Assembly: GCA_002788855.1 (NCBI GenBank)
Contig: PFSB01000021.1
Location: forward strand, 494 to 64,493
Direction of reading: 5' to 3'
DNA: 64,000 bases
From: Candidatus Roizmanbacteria bacterium CG_4_9_14_0_2_um_filter_38_17
GTDB lineage: Bacteria; Patescibacteriota; Microgenomatia; GCA-00278855
Below are positions 27,672 through 37,430 of the stretch, piece after piece. The translations under genes were made by a program, and so were the position numbers. The notes under the pieces are model-generated. The model was not told the DNA's origin. It did not search any database and saw only the letters and a program-made list of their open reading frames with translations. Within the stretch, counting starts at the first letter, position 1. Each line of letters starts with the position of its first letter.

Positions 27672-29133
27672 TTAATTTCACTTTAATACTGAATAAAAAA
27701 TTGTTTTTTCTTTCCAAATTCTCTAATGGAATTATTGCAACTCCAAACATGTCATTTTCTTCAATTTTCTGTTGGTACTTTAACAACTGATCACGCGATG
27801 TAGCTACTCCATCAATCAAAATCAATTTTTCATCAATAATATAGCGCCAGGAATTAATAGTTATCCCATTAACCGACAGCTCAGGAAAAACTTTTAAGAA
27901 CTGTTGTGGGGAAGTTTTTAATTTAGAGAGAATTAATAATTTATCCACTTCCATATTAATTTTACGCAATTGAACCTCGGTAGAATCAGCACCTTCTTGC
28001 ACGATGATCTCTCCAAGCTGATTTGTAGCCAAAAGCTCCGGAGGTGTATTGGCAACCAGAGAACGTGCTTGGAAAAATAAAAATAAATAACTACTAATTG
28101 CAAGCAATAGACCCGTAGATAATATACCAACCACAGATCTTTCCCAGTGCTTAATTCGCTCAACATTCTCAGAACTTTCATAATACTTTTCTACTAGTTT
28201 AGGAATAAGATTGATTGTCTGATCTGATGCTGGAGGTTTAATAGGAGACAATCCAATCGAAATAGCTTCTGAAAATGCTAGCATTTTATGCTTATCTGCC
28301 AGCTTTATTGGCCCTTCCAGGTAATCTACTTTAGTATTAAGCTCTTTTTTAAGACTCGCCTTAATTTCGTCATCTGCTTTTACTCCAGTCAACCATATAT
28401 GCTCAAGCTTAAATTCATCAAGATTTTTCGCATTATAAAAATTCAATAGTCTTTGAATCGTATCTAAAGCGCATATGGATACATCTTTACCTTCTGCATA
28501 TTCATCGGTTGCGGTTAGCTTAGTTACTCTCCCTTTAACCAAAGTTGAAGTAATTCCCCCATCGCTCAAGTTAACCAAGGCTTGTAGCTTGTTCCCCTTA
28601 GAGGGCAATAGTCTCCCTAGACATGTTGCAGATGTTTGAATATTAACTGGGCGCAAACCTATACTAGTAACAATGCTCACAAGATCATCTACGAGACGCT
28701 TAGGTAATGCAACTACAAATATCTCTTTTTCATCTTGTTCACCAGGGAGCACTTTCCAATCCAGATACATTTCATCAAGCGGTAGCGGGAAAATATTTTT
28801 TGCTTGCCACTTTACCGCTTCTTCAATTTCTGCATCTGATATATTAGGAAAAGAAAGCTCTCTGGTTAAAGCATACTTCTCAGGTAATGAAATAGAAACA
28901 CAGGAAGCTTTCTTTTTACTTTTACCAATCAACTCGCGGAGTGTTTTTTTAAATAAATCTGGGTTAATAATTTTGCCTCCGTTTAAGATATGTCCATCTA
29001 TTGGCTGCTCTACCAAAGCAGAAATTTGTCTTTTATTTAAGTCGATAACAACAGACCTAAGCACAGTATCTCCAACTGCTAAACCAACACAACGATCACA
29101 GGTATATCCTGACATATTTACATCATATACCAA
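27664..29133 (-). CDS. Type IV pilus assembly PilM-PilN fusion protein
   Basis: N-terminal actin-like PilM ATPase fold (~330 aa), then TM helix ILSTGLLLAISSYLFLFF and a PilN-like periplasmic tail. Confidence 0.65.
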   Translation of the reverse strand: MVYDVNMSGYTCDRCVGLAVGDTVLRSVVIDLNKRQISALVEQPIDGHILNGGKIINPDLFKKTLRELIGKSKKKASCVSISLPEKYALTRELSFPNISDAEIEEAVKWQAKNIFPLPLDEMYLDWKVLPGEQDEKEIFVVALPKRLVDDLVSIVTSIGLRPVNIQTSATCLGRLLPSKGNKLQALVNLSDGGITSTLVKGRVTKLTATDEYAEGKDVSICALDTIQRLLNFYNAKNLDEFKLEHIWLTGVKADDEIKASLKKELNTKVDYLEGPIKLADKHKMLAFSEAISIGLSPIKPPASDQTINLIPKLVEKYYESSENVERIKHWERSVVGILSTGLLLAISSYLFLFFQARSLVANTPPELLATNQLGEIIVQEGADSTEVQLRKINMEVDKLLILSKLKTSPQQFLKVFPELSVNGITINSWRYIIDEKLILIDGVATSRDQLLKYQQKIEENDMFGVAIIPLENLERKNNFLFSIKVKLSE

Positions 29134-29348
29134 TAGCCCGCAAAATCACAAGATATTAATGAACTGGGAGCTGAGCATTAAATAGTCATTCGCTTTCGTC
29201 CAATAAAAAATATCATAGTTGATATGATAAGAGTTAGAGTTGCCACAATTAGAGACTATAGTCCCTCTATAAGAGATTCATATCCATCTCTAGGCTCAAA
29301 TAAAGGCTCTATTGCCACATAGAAAATGAAACCCTATAAATTCTAAAT

Positions 29349-29373
29349 GTGTCAAACGTCCAGCGTTTGACAC
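29349..29373. repeat. Perfect 10-bp-stem hairpin (gtgtcaaacg-tccag-cgtttgacac) adjacent to REP-C
   Basis: Shares the gtgtcaa/ttgacac half-site with the REP tail. Confidence 0.6.
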
Positions 29374-29394
29374 AGAAATAACTACTATATATAC

Positions 29395-29430
29395 AACCCA
29401 CTCCTGGAGTGGATTGAGTTGACACCTAGG
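29395..29430 (+). repeat. REP element copy C
   Basis: aacccactcctggagtggattgagttgacacctagg. Confidence 0.8.
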
Positions 29431-29524
29431 GATATCCATATCCCATACTCTATGTAGAAAAAAGTCTGATTAATATTAGAGAGCTTATTTGCAATCCCAT
29501 AAAAGGTCCAGCCTTTTATACTTC

Positions 29525-30895
29525 TTACTCCTCGTCCCATTTAATAAACTCGTACTCTGAGGATGTAGGAAAATAAGGAGGTGGACCATAACGAAGATGA
29601 CTGTCATATGTAATATCCCTATCAACAAAACCTGACCAAATTGGATTACCATAATTCCAGTACGACTTCTGATTGGAAATAACCGAACCATAAATCTCTA
29701 ACTTATCACGTATTGCGTTTGAATAATAACTACACACCCACCAATAGCTATAGAAGTGACGAATAATTCTGCCTTTCTGCGCCATTAAAGCTGCATCAAT
29801 CTGGAAAGTACTTGGAATATCCAATGCGTAATATATATCTTGTTGGGCAACTAATCCTAATGAATCTGACCCATCTTTTTCCTTATATATTAAATTGTCC
29901 AATATCCAGATCACTTCAGAGGAAGTATCTATCGGAAAAGATGCAGCCACAACTGTGGTTTTACCTTCCACAACTCCATCAATCCAGACTGTGTCTTCAA
30001 CAAAAATAATCTTATTATCACTTAGGCTATATGTTCCTATTAAGTTCTCTGTACGAATAACCTGATTTAATGTCTGACATCCTCCCTCTGGATCCCATCC
30101 CTGTCTTGATCTTGTACGATTAACCTCATAAACACTAACCGTTCCAGTATCATTAAAGCGTAAATGATAACCAAAATAAGAGGACGCAGCCAGGTATATG
30201 CCACTCTCTTGGGCAGATAGGCGCATATGGGCAAAATCTACCACCACACTATCAAAATCTATAGAAGTTGTGGGGTATTCCCACAGTGTATTATTAGGAC
30301 CATCTCCCCATACACCGTTCTTTGTATCAGATGGGCTACAGCCTGTCTCAAATCCACAGGTATAGGTCTCCTTAGCACTTGATACAACTGACTCATTAAT
30401 ACCATCCATACGAATTCCACCATTAGAGTGAACATCACCGTAAGTCGTAAGGCCTTGCCCGAACCATACATTAGCATTATGCAAAAAAGAAAACCTTGCG
30501 TATGACGGCTGACCATAGGCAGCTTCGATAGTCCGTTTAGCATTAGGCTCCTCCAAAGTCCAACCAGTCGAGACAATTGTAACGACACTTGACCCTTCCC
30601 CTGGTGGTATCACATCCAGCTCAAACTGGCCGATTTGATCTCCCTGTGGATCAAAATAATCATGTATATATGGACCAGGTTCTCCAGTACCATCCTGAAA
30701 GTCTTCTGGAGCATGCGCTAAATGCCAGCGATAATAGTTTGCTCCAGCCTCTGCTATATTAGTAGCCATCTGTCTATTCTCCTGGCGCACCCAACCCTTT
30801 ACATGCACTGCCGTTACTGCCACTAAACTACCTAAAATAATCACAGATAAAGTAGCGACTAATAATACAAGAATTGTAACAGATCCAACTTTCAT
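29525..30895 (-). CDS. Large N-terminally anchored pilus-associated protein (function unknown)
   Basis: Single N-terminal TM/pilin-like hydrophobic segment then a ~430 aa extracytoplasmic domain. 4-bp overlap with the upstream minor pilin. Confidence 0.45.
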   Translation of the reverse strand: MKVGSVTILVLLVATLSVIILGSLVAVTAVHVKGWVRQENRQMATNIAEAGANYYRWHLAHAPEDFQDGTGEPGPYIHDYFDPQGDQIGQFELDVIPPGEGSSVVTIVSTGWTLEEPNAKRTIEAAYGQPSYARFSFLHNANVWFGQGLTTYGDVHSNGGIRMDGINESVVSSAKETYTCGFETGCSPSDTKNGVWGDGPNNTLWEYPTTSIDFDSVVVDFAHMRLSAQESGIYLAASSYFGYHLRFNDTGTVSVYEVNRTRSRQGWDPEGGCQTLNQVIRTENLIGTYSLSDNKIIFVEDTVWIDGVVEGKTTVVAASFPIDTSSEVIWILDNLIYKEKDGSDSLGLVAQQDIYYALDIPSTFQIDAALMAQKGRIIRHFYSYWWVCSYYSNAIRDKLEIYGSVISNQKSYWNYGNPIWSGFVDRDITYDSHLRYGPPPYFPTSSEYEFIKWDEE

Positions 30896-31542
30896 AAATT
30901 TGTTTTTAAGTTTCTCAACTGTACCCCCGAACTAAGCTCAGCATTCTGCGGAGCTCTACCTGGATTCACATTTACAATCAAAAACACCCGCATATACTTA
31001 GTATCTATTAATCTAAATTGTGTATCTAGTGGGTTTCCAGCACCTTTAAGCGGCCAGTCTCCATTGTAATAGTAAAAAATTGGCGCACTCCCACTCTGGA
31101 TATACTCTGCTACAACCCGGGTTGCTTCATCTTCTACTAGATACAAAACTGGTATATCATCAGTAGGGTTAATCGTTCCCTTCATCAAACTTGTGTTATC
31201 AAGATAATACCTCACCCTCTCAACACGATCATCGTTATCTACATCCGCATAAAATATAAATTCCTGGTCGTCAGCCAACTCTATTGTATAGCCTCCATCT
31301 TCAGCTGGCTGTGCTTCACGAATTTCCTTAACCATAACATCTATTCCACCACGCGCTTCTTCTACTGCTTGAATTTCAGCAAACGAAAAGCTATAGGATT
31401 CAGCAACAAATCGTTGCACTCCAGCAAGCGCAATTAAGACAACTGTGCTTATAAAGCCAGCAATTATTACTTCAAGTAATCCAAATCCTTTATTAAGGGC
31501 TCTACTTTTGATTAAGAATGATGGTTGTAAATACATCTTCAT
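30892..31542 (-). CDS. Minor pilin / pseudopilin (prepilin-type N-terminus)
   Basis: KGFGLLEVIIAGFISTVVLIALAG is a prepilin cleavage/methylation motif (G|F...E+5). Confidence 0.65.
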   Translation of the reverse strand: MKMYLQPSFLIKSRALNKGFGLLEVIIAGFISTVVLIALAGVQRFVAESYSFSFAEIQAVEEARGGIDVMVKEIREAQPAEDGGYTIELADDQEFIFYADVDNDDRVERVRYYLDNTSLMKGTINPTDDIPVLYLVEDEATRVVAEYIQSGSAPIFYYYNGDWPLKGAGNPLDTQFRLIDTKYMRVFLIVNVNPGRAPQNAELSSGVQLRNLKTNL

Positions 31543-32881
31543 TTATCTGGATTGAAGAGGTTGCATCTTCATATCCTGTTAAAGAAATAGTTAACTCATA
31601 GGCAGCTGCGTTTAGAGAATTAAAGAAAGCATGACCAAAATCTGGATCACCCTCATCACCTGATTCGATCGTTTCATCATAAGACAATAAACCATTAATA
31701 AGTCTAGCAGTTGAACTTGAAAGTGGAACATCTCCGCTATCTGCTACTAATACCAATAAACTACCGTCGCCCGGGCTATCAGGCGCTAAGCTGAGATCTA
31801 TACTCAGTTGTTCGTCAGCATTCAATCCGATGGGAAGCGCAGGATTACTTCCTGCCAAATCATAAGAAACATCAACTACTTCAAACATATAACTATCAAA
31901 TTCCATATTAGAGAAAGTATAAGTACCACCTGCATTTGTCGAAACTAACTCATCAAATTTATATATAGGAGATTCCGTCTCATCATTTCCAATTATTTTT
32001 TCTCCTCTGACTCTAAGCTCCACATTTGTTAATGTAGGAAAACCAGCTAAACGAGATCCATAGGTCTTAACTGTCAATGTAGATACTTTATCGATTGCGA
32101 AGCTAGCTTCAGAAACTTGCCCTTCCAACACAGTTATATGAGATTTAGAGGAATTAGTAACTTCCTCTGCGCCATAGGTACGATCAGACGAGTATCCAGC
32201 TTTAGTTACTATAATTTCATAACTTTCAATTGCGCTAGGTGCACCAGGTAAGATAACGCGACCAAACGAATCAGAAGTTATCGTTAAGTCCACTTGAGGA
32301 TTAACTGTTGAATTAACAATATTCACGTCTGCACCATTTAAGGGGTTTCCTTCTGAATTAAAGACTAACAGAGAGAGCGTTCCACCTCCATCATTTGTCT
32401 CGATCTCTTTTGGAACAATATCAGTTACTAAAACTACTGGCCTACGGCCCGATGCAAATGCCCCTGCCCACTCAAGTTTAACGCGGACTCGCTTATAATC
32501 CGTATTTACCAAATCAGCCGGCGCTTCCCCATCAAATGGATCGTCTACGTACGCAATTGTTGTTGTCACTTCAAATATAATTCCCCCTAAGGAAACTTGC
32601 TCAATTGGCGCAATTGGTCCAGCTGGGATACCTCCAACTGTTCCTAGATCCTCGTAACTAAGGTTTCTGGCTTCCTCTATCTTTTCATTTGCAAGTAGCC
32701 TCGCCGTATGTCGAACACGAGTCTGTCCGATGCTTTCAAAAACTAGCTGGGTGATTCCAAATAAACTGCCAGTTACAATCAAAAAAATTGCCATCCCCAC
32801 AACGGCCTCAATAATAGTAAACCCATTCCAGGAATGTGCTTCACATTCCTGGAATGGGTGCTTGTTGCTCATATTTATCAC
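31502..32881 (-). CDS. Large minor pilin (PilV/FimT-like) with extended leader
   Basis: Motif ...HSWNG|FTIIEAVVGMAIFLIV. The 24-aa leader contains the in-frame palindromic insert (FQECEAHSWN). Confidence 0.6.
   Translation of the reverse strand: MINMSNKHPFQECEAHSWNGFTIIEAVVGMAIFLIVTGSLFGITQLVFESIGQTRVRHTARLLANEKIEEARNLSYEDLGTVGGIPAGPIAPIEQVSLGGIIFEVTTTIAYVDDPFDGEAPADLVNTDYKRVRVKLEWAGAFASGRRPVVLVTDIVPKEIETNDGGGTLSLLVFNSEGNPLNGADVNIVNSTVNPQVDLTITSDSFGRVILPGAPSAIESYEIIVTKAGYSSDRTYGAEEVTNSSKSHITVLEGQVSEASFAIDKVSTLTVKTYGSRLAGFPTLTNVELRVRGEKIIGNDETESPIYKFDELVSTNAGGTYTFSNMEFDSYMFEVVDVSYDLAGSNPALPIGLNADEQLSIDLSLAPDSPGDGSLLVLVADSGDVPLSSSTARLINGLLSYDETIESGDEGDPDFGHAFFNSLNAAAYELTISLTGYEDATSSIQINEDVFTTIILNQK
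32823..32859. repeat. Perfect 17-bp inverted repeat with 3-nt loop (cccattccaggaatgtg-ctt-cacattcctggaatggg), intragenic
   Basis: Read from sequence. Second copy of the same element family at 53809..53843. Confidence 0.9.
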
Positions 32882-34083
32882 TATATCTGAAGGTCGCCAA
32901 TTAATTTATATATTGGTGCAATAATTGAAATCACTAACAATCCAACTAATATTCCAACCACCAACACTAAAATTGGTTCTATGACTTGGGAAATATTTTT
33001 TAAATCTGATTCTGCCTCCTCGGCATAATAAGCACCAACTTCCGCCAATACATCTTCAAGATTTCCACTCTTTTCACCAACTGTTAACATCTGCGTAATA
33101 AAGGAAGGGAATATTTTTGTCTCTTTGAGAATTCTAGAAAGTTCCACACCTTTTAATAATCTTTTGCGAAACATAGGAGCCATTGCTTTTAGCTTAGGTT
33201 GAGAAACTGTGCTCACTGCGATGCTGATCGCTTCGGTAATTGATACTCCACTTTTTAATAGAACACCTAATGTTCTTGTTAATCGCGCATAGTCAATGCG
33301 GCGAATAATCGATCCAGTTATTGGCATATTGGCGAGTAATCCATTTACCACTGTTTTCAACTTGTTTCTGGGCACAAGAAACCAGGCCAAAACCAAACCA
33401 ACAATTGTACTGGGAAGTATTATAAATAAATGTTCTTGCGTAAACTCACCTGCATTTAACATAATTAAAGTAGGCAAAGGTAGATCTATATCCATAGTCT
33501 TAAATACTCCACCAATACGTGGAAGCACAAACACAACTAAAACAAATCCCATCAGAATCAAAGCAATAAATATCACAATTGGATACACCATTGCTCCTTT
33601 AATATTGCGCTGCAGTTCATATTCAGAGCGCAATTTATCTGATAAATACGAAAATGCTTCCTCTAGCGTTCCACTTGCCTCTCCGGCCTTGATCATAGCT
33701 ATAAAAGCTTCATCAAAAACATTAGGATAACGTCCTAATATTTCAGATACTTTCTTGCCTGATTTTAAGCCATAGGCAAGATCGTTTAAGATTTTACGCA
33801 TGGTCGGATTTTTTGTATCTTCTGCTAATGAATCAATGCCTTGAGACATAGATAAGCCAGAAGCCAACATTAAGCTCATATATCTGGTAAAACTCGATTT
33901 ATCCAGTAAGGAAACACTACGCACAAAATCAAACTTCTTATTTTGCTTTCTTAACTTGATATAAATTGGGGTTAAACCTTTCTGAGAAAGTGCTAATCCA
34001 ACTTCTTCTTCGCTCTTTGCAGTTACGCTTGCTGTATTAATTGTCCCATCTTCTGATAAGGCACGATAGTCATAAGTAGGCAT
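32881..34083 (-). CDS. pilC: Type IV pilus assembly platform protein PilC (GspF family)
   Basis: Two GspF repeats with three TM helices. 400 aa. Confidence 0.8.
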   Translation of the reverse strand: MPTYDYRALSEDGTINTASVTAKSEEEVGLALSQKGLTPIYIKLRKQNKKFDFVRSVSLLDKSSFTRYMSLMLASGLSMSQGIDSLAEDTKNPTMRKILNDLAYGLKSGKKVSEILGRYPNVFDEAFIAMIKAGEASGTLEEAFSYLSDKLRSEYELQRNIKGAMVYPIVIFIALILMGFVLVVFVLPRIGGVFKTMDIDLPLPTLIMLNAGEFTQEHLFIILPSTIVGLVLAWFLVPRNKLKTVVNGLLANMPITGSIIRRIDYARLTRTLGVLLKSGVSITEAISIAVSTVSQPKLKAMAPMFRKRLLKGVELSRILKETKIFPSFITQMLTVGEKSGNLEDVLAEVGAYYAEEAESDLKNISQVIEPILVLVVGILVGLLVISIIAPIYKLIGDLQI

Positions 34084-34088
34084 CTTTT

Positions 34089-35771
34089 TTACTCACGCAT
34101 AACTCGCAAAACTTCTTCAATTGTTGTTACTCCAGCAGCCACCTGATCTAGTCCACTCATAAATAACGAGGTCATTCCTTTTGTCTTTGCCTTATTCTCA
34201 ATTTCCTTAGCAGAGACTTTGACCCGTATCAAAATACGCAAATCAGCATCAAGCTCTAACGCTTCATATATTCCCACTCGCCCTTTATATCCGGTACCAC
34301 CACACTCCAAGCAACCCTTACCCTTGTAAAATTCCTGCTTAGAAATATCCTCACCCGCCAGCTTTTCGATAAACTTCAACATCTCCACTGAAACTTTGGT
34401 TTTTTCCACACACGAAGGACAAATACCCCGCACTAATCGTTGAGCAATGACTAAGTTCAGCGTAGATGCAACTAAAAAAGGCTCTGCGCCCATGTCTATT
34501 AATCGAGGAATTGCTCCAGCTGCTGAATTTGTATGAAGAGAAGACAAAACCAAGTGACCCGTTAATGCTGAATGAATTGCCATATCAACAGTTTCTCTAT
34601 CGCGGATCTCTCCAACCATAATTATGTTCGGATCATGACGCAGTAGCGCGCGTAATCCCGAAGCAAATGTCAATCCCGTCTTCGGATTAACGTGTACCTG
34701 ACTTACTCTTTTAATTGCATACTCAACTGGATCCTCAACCGTGCAGATTTTAACTTTAATAGTATTTAGCATATTTAAGACACTGTAAAGTGTTGTGGTT
34801 TTACCTGATCCAGTTGGCCCTGTAACCAATATTAAACCGTGTGAACGCTGAATATTTTGTTTTAGAAGAACAAGACTGGAACCTGTTAATCCTAATTCTT
34901 CTAAGGAAAGAGGTCTAGCTGACTCCCTAAGAATACGCATAACAATGTTCTCACCATAAAAACTTGGCAGAATAGAAACTCTAAGTGAAATAATTTCATC
35001 ATCAGATTTAAACTTAAACCTGCCATCTTGAGGAACACGATGTTCATCAATTTTTAATCCTGATAATATCTTAATCCGAGCTACAACAGGCGGATGAAGA
35101 TCTGTGTTTAAAGTTATAACGTCTTTTAAAAACCCATCAACACGAAAACGCACAATAGACTCATCCTCTCCATGTTCTATGTGTATGTCAGAAGCACCCT
35201 CAGCCGTTGCGTACTCTAACAAAGTATCTAGGACTTTCACGACAGGTACATCAATAGCTGCTTTCTCTACGTCTTCTAATTTGGCGCGACTAGTCTTATC
35301 TGCATTTTTTTTAATTATTTCGCTAAATTCCTCATTAATATTCTTTTTATATGAGCCTAACGCTACATTTAGCTCGTCCGAAGTTACCAAGGTTGGTTCG
35401 ATAGAGTAACCGGTTTTCCGCTTAACAAACTCAATAGCTTCAAGATTACGAGGATCTTCCATTCCTAGCTTTAGTCTATTTTTAATTAACTCAAGTGGGA
35501 TTACACGGAAGTTACGAGCTGTAGTCTCTGGGAGCAAAGCGAGCATCTCTTCTGAGACTCTTTTTTTTTGCAATGAGTAGTAAGGAACCTTAAAATGCTC
35601 AGCCACCAACTTACCAAGTATCTCGTCAGAAAGTAATCCTTTAAATACCAGGGTCTCTGAAAGGGGCATGCCTAGTTCAGAGGAAGATAAAGCCGCAGCA
35701 GCAAGCTTATCTTGGTCGACATATTTCGACTCTTCAACAATCTCCTTAATTAGCTTATCGGGCAGACGCAT
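34089..35771 (-). CDS. pilB: Type IV pilus assembly ATPase PilB (GspE family)
   Basis: Walker A GPTGSGKTTTL, Asp/His boxes and a tetracysteine motif (CPSC...CLEC). Confidence 0.85.
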   Translation of the reverse strand: MRLPDKLIKEIVEESKYVDQDKLAAAALSSSELGMPLSETLVFKGLLSDEILGKLVAEHFKVPYYSLQKKRVSEEMLALLPETTARNFRVIPLELIKNRLKLGMEDPRNLEAIEFVKRKTGYSIEPTLVTSDELNVALGSYKKNINEEFSEIIKKNADKTSRAKLEDVEKAAIDVPVVKVLDTLLEYATAEGASDIHIEHGEDESIVRFRVDGFLKDVITLNTDLHPPVVARIKILSGLKIDEHRVPQDGRFKFKSDDEIISLRVSILPSFYGENIVMRILRESARPLSLEELGLTGSSLVLLKQNIQRSHGLILVTGPTGSGKTTTLYSVLNMLNTIKVKICTVEDPVEYAIKRVSQVHVNPKTGLTFASGLRALLRHDPNIIMVGEIRDRETVDMAIHSALTGHLVLSSLHTNSAAGAIPRLIDMGAEPFLVASTLNLVIAQRLVRGICPSCVEKTKVSVEMLKFIEKLAGEDISKQEFYKGKGCLECGGTGYKGRVGIYEALELDADLRILIRVKVSAKEIENKAKTKGMTSLFMSGLDQVAAGVTTIEEVLRVMRE

Positions 35772-35815
35772 AGTAAAACTATCTTATCAAAACAGGATGA
35801 AAATTGCGAGAAAAA

Positions 35816-36202
35816 TTAAGTTGAGCTTGGCAAATGCTTATTAACTGCATCTAGCACATCTTGTGGATCGCTATGTGATTTAGAGATAAAATCAGTGGCA
35901 CCCTTATCCATGGCCTCTTTTTGTTTATCTTCAGAGTCCAGGTTGCTATATATTATCACTGGAGCTTTATTTCCAGCTTTATTTAATGCCTCAAGTACTC
36001 CTAATCCTCCTAACCTAGGCATCATCAAATCCAGCAAGATAATATCGGGCTTGTATTCTTTAACTTTATCCAATGCAGTAGAGCCATCAGTAGCTACAGC
36101 TAATTCTAAACCTTTACTATGAAAAAAAGTGGTGTAAATATTAACCAATAATGGATCATCCTCTACTAATAGAATTTTAGTCATGGTTTTTCTCAAACTC
36201 AA
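35816..36202 (-). CDS. Single-domain response regulator (CheY-like receiver)
   Basis: ILLVEDD...DIILLDLMMP receiver motifs. No output domain. Confidence 0.75.
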   Translation of the reverse strand: MSLRKTMTKILLVEDDPLLVNIYTTFFHSKGLELAVATDGSTALDKVKEYKPDIILLDLMMPRLGGLGVLEALNKAGNKAPVIIYSNLDSEDKQKEAMDKGATDFISKSHSDPQDVLDAVNKHLPSST

Positions 36203-36380
36203 CTATTTTTTCCAGGAGACCTTTTTGTCTACTTACTACTTCTTGTAATATTGTCCTTACTTGCTTATCAATTTGTCCTGATCTACCATCGACGATAAAT
36301 TGCAGAGCCATATTTGAACTAGACAAAGGACTTTTAAAGTCGTGTAATAATTCTGCAAGTTTAGAGTTTTGATCGGACAT
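36177..36380 (-). CDS. Stand-alone HisKA/DHp-like phosphotransfer protein (67 aa)
   Basis: LHDFKSPLSS matches the H-box (h-E/D-x-R/K-t-P-L) of histidine kinases. No ATPase domain. Confidence 0.45.
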   Translation of the reverse strand: MSDQNSKLAELLHDFKSPLSSSNMALQFIVDGRSGQIDKQVRTILQEVVSRQKGLLEKIVEFEKNHD

Positions 36381-36381
36381 G

Positions 36382-36762
36382 TTATTTAAGTACTAAAGCT
36401 ATCTTTTCTAAAAACTGATCTGGGGTAAGATCTGACTTAATTAGATGACTTTCAACACCTAGTTTTTTCCCTTCACTTAATGTCTTGTCTTCACCTAGAT
36501 TTGTCATAAATATTATATGCTTATTGGGTTGTTTGGGAGTATTTTCAGATAACTTTATCATCACCTGCATTCCATCCATCTCAGGCATGATGATATCCAA
36601 AAGCACCAAGTCATATCCCCCTTTGCTCATTTTTTTATACCCCTCTATACCATTCTGACCCCAATCAACCTTATATCCCTCATCTGTTAACAACTCAACA
36701 TACAGATCACGGATAAACTGATCGTCCTCAACAACGAGAATTCTATGTTTTTTATCCACCAT
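36382..36762 (-). CDS. Single-domain response regulator (CheY-like receiver)
   Basis: ILVVEDD...DLVLLDIIMPEMDG receiver motifs. Confidence 0.75.
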   Translation of the reverse strand: MVDKKHRILVVEDDQFIRDLYVELLTDEGYKVDWGQNGIEGYKKMSKGGYDLVLLDIIMPEMDGMQVMIKLSENTPKQPNKHIIFMTNLGEDKTLSEGKKLGVESHLIKSDLTPDQFLEKIALVLK

Positions 36763-36817
36763 TGCAACCTAAAAATACCACATCTCCTATCCTTTGGCAA
36801 CTAGACTAGAAATAATT

Positions 36818-36862
36818 AGGTTCAAACCCACGTTCGCAGGCTATCCCACGTGGATATGAAGG
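36818..36862 (+). repeat. Imperfect direct repeat R1 (aggttcaaacccacgttcgcagg...tatgaagg), tRNA-3'-end-like
   Basis: Compared with R2 at 37431..37470: about 20/23 identities in the first block, plus a shared tatgaagg. Confidence 0.45.
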
Positions 36863-37013
36863 CACTGGAAAACTACCGGATATTAGAATCATTCGGAAAC
36901 AAATACACACCATACTCAATAAAAACCTATCTTTCTAATTTATTTAGAGCGTAAATAAGGACTATTAACAGGGTTTGACCCTGTAAATTACGATTGTGTA
37001 TAATTAGTAAATC

Positions 37014-37406
37014 ATGAATACGTTTGGATTTTGGTTACTACCTCCAAAGAATATTCAAGCTGAATATCAAGAAATAATCGATAAATATAGTAAGAAACTA
37101 GATAGCCCATCATTTGAACCACATATTACTGTCTTAGATGTGGTAACGGGTGATAAGGAAGATATAATTCAAAAAGTTAAAGCAGTTGTTTCAACATATA
37201 AGTCAATTCATATTGCGTTTACAGATATCTCAATAAGCACCACTTATCATCATGGAGATATTTCATCATCAGAAAAAAGCAAGATTGCTGATGAGATTAC
37301 ATTAAACACCACTAACTTTAAGGCAGATAGATTATGTATTGTTAATGCTGATAACCTAGATCCAAAAACTTGGCTTCATGTATCAGAGTTTGAACTGAGC
37401 AATTAA
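37014..37406 (+). CDS. 2H phosphoesterase superfamily protein (LigT / cyclic phosphodiesterase-like)
   Basis: Two H-x-T/S-x motifs, PHITVL and LHVSEF, ~100 aa apart in a 130-aa protein. Confidence 0.55.
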   Translation: MNTFGFWLLPPKNIQAEYQEIIDKYSKKLDSPSFEPHITVLDVVTGDKEDIIQKVKAVVSTYKSIHIAFTDISISTTYHHGDISSSEKSKIADEITLNTTNFKADRLCIVNADNLDPKTWLHVSEFELSN

Positions 37407-37430
37407 AACACAGCGAGAATGTAGCATAAT

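Noticed and set aside
32730-32924. Plus-strand ORF encoding ...PFQECASHSWNG
   Set aside because: Artefact of the palindromic element being readable on both strands; overlaps the pilin and pilC genes.
36818-36862. Possible tRNA gene (GGTTCAAACCCACG looks like a T-arm)
   Set aside because: No complementary 5' acceptor strand or D-arm upstream on either strand. Treated as a tRNA-3'-end-like repeat, not a tRNA gene.
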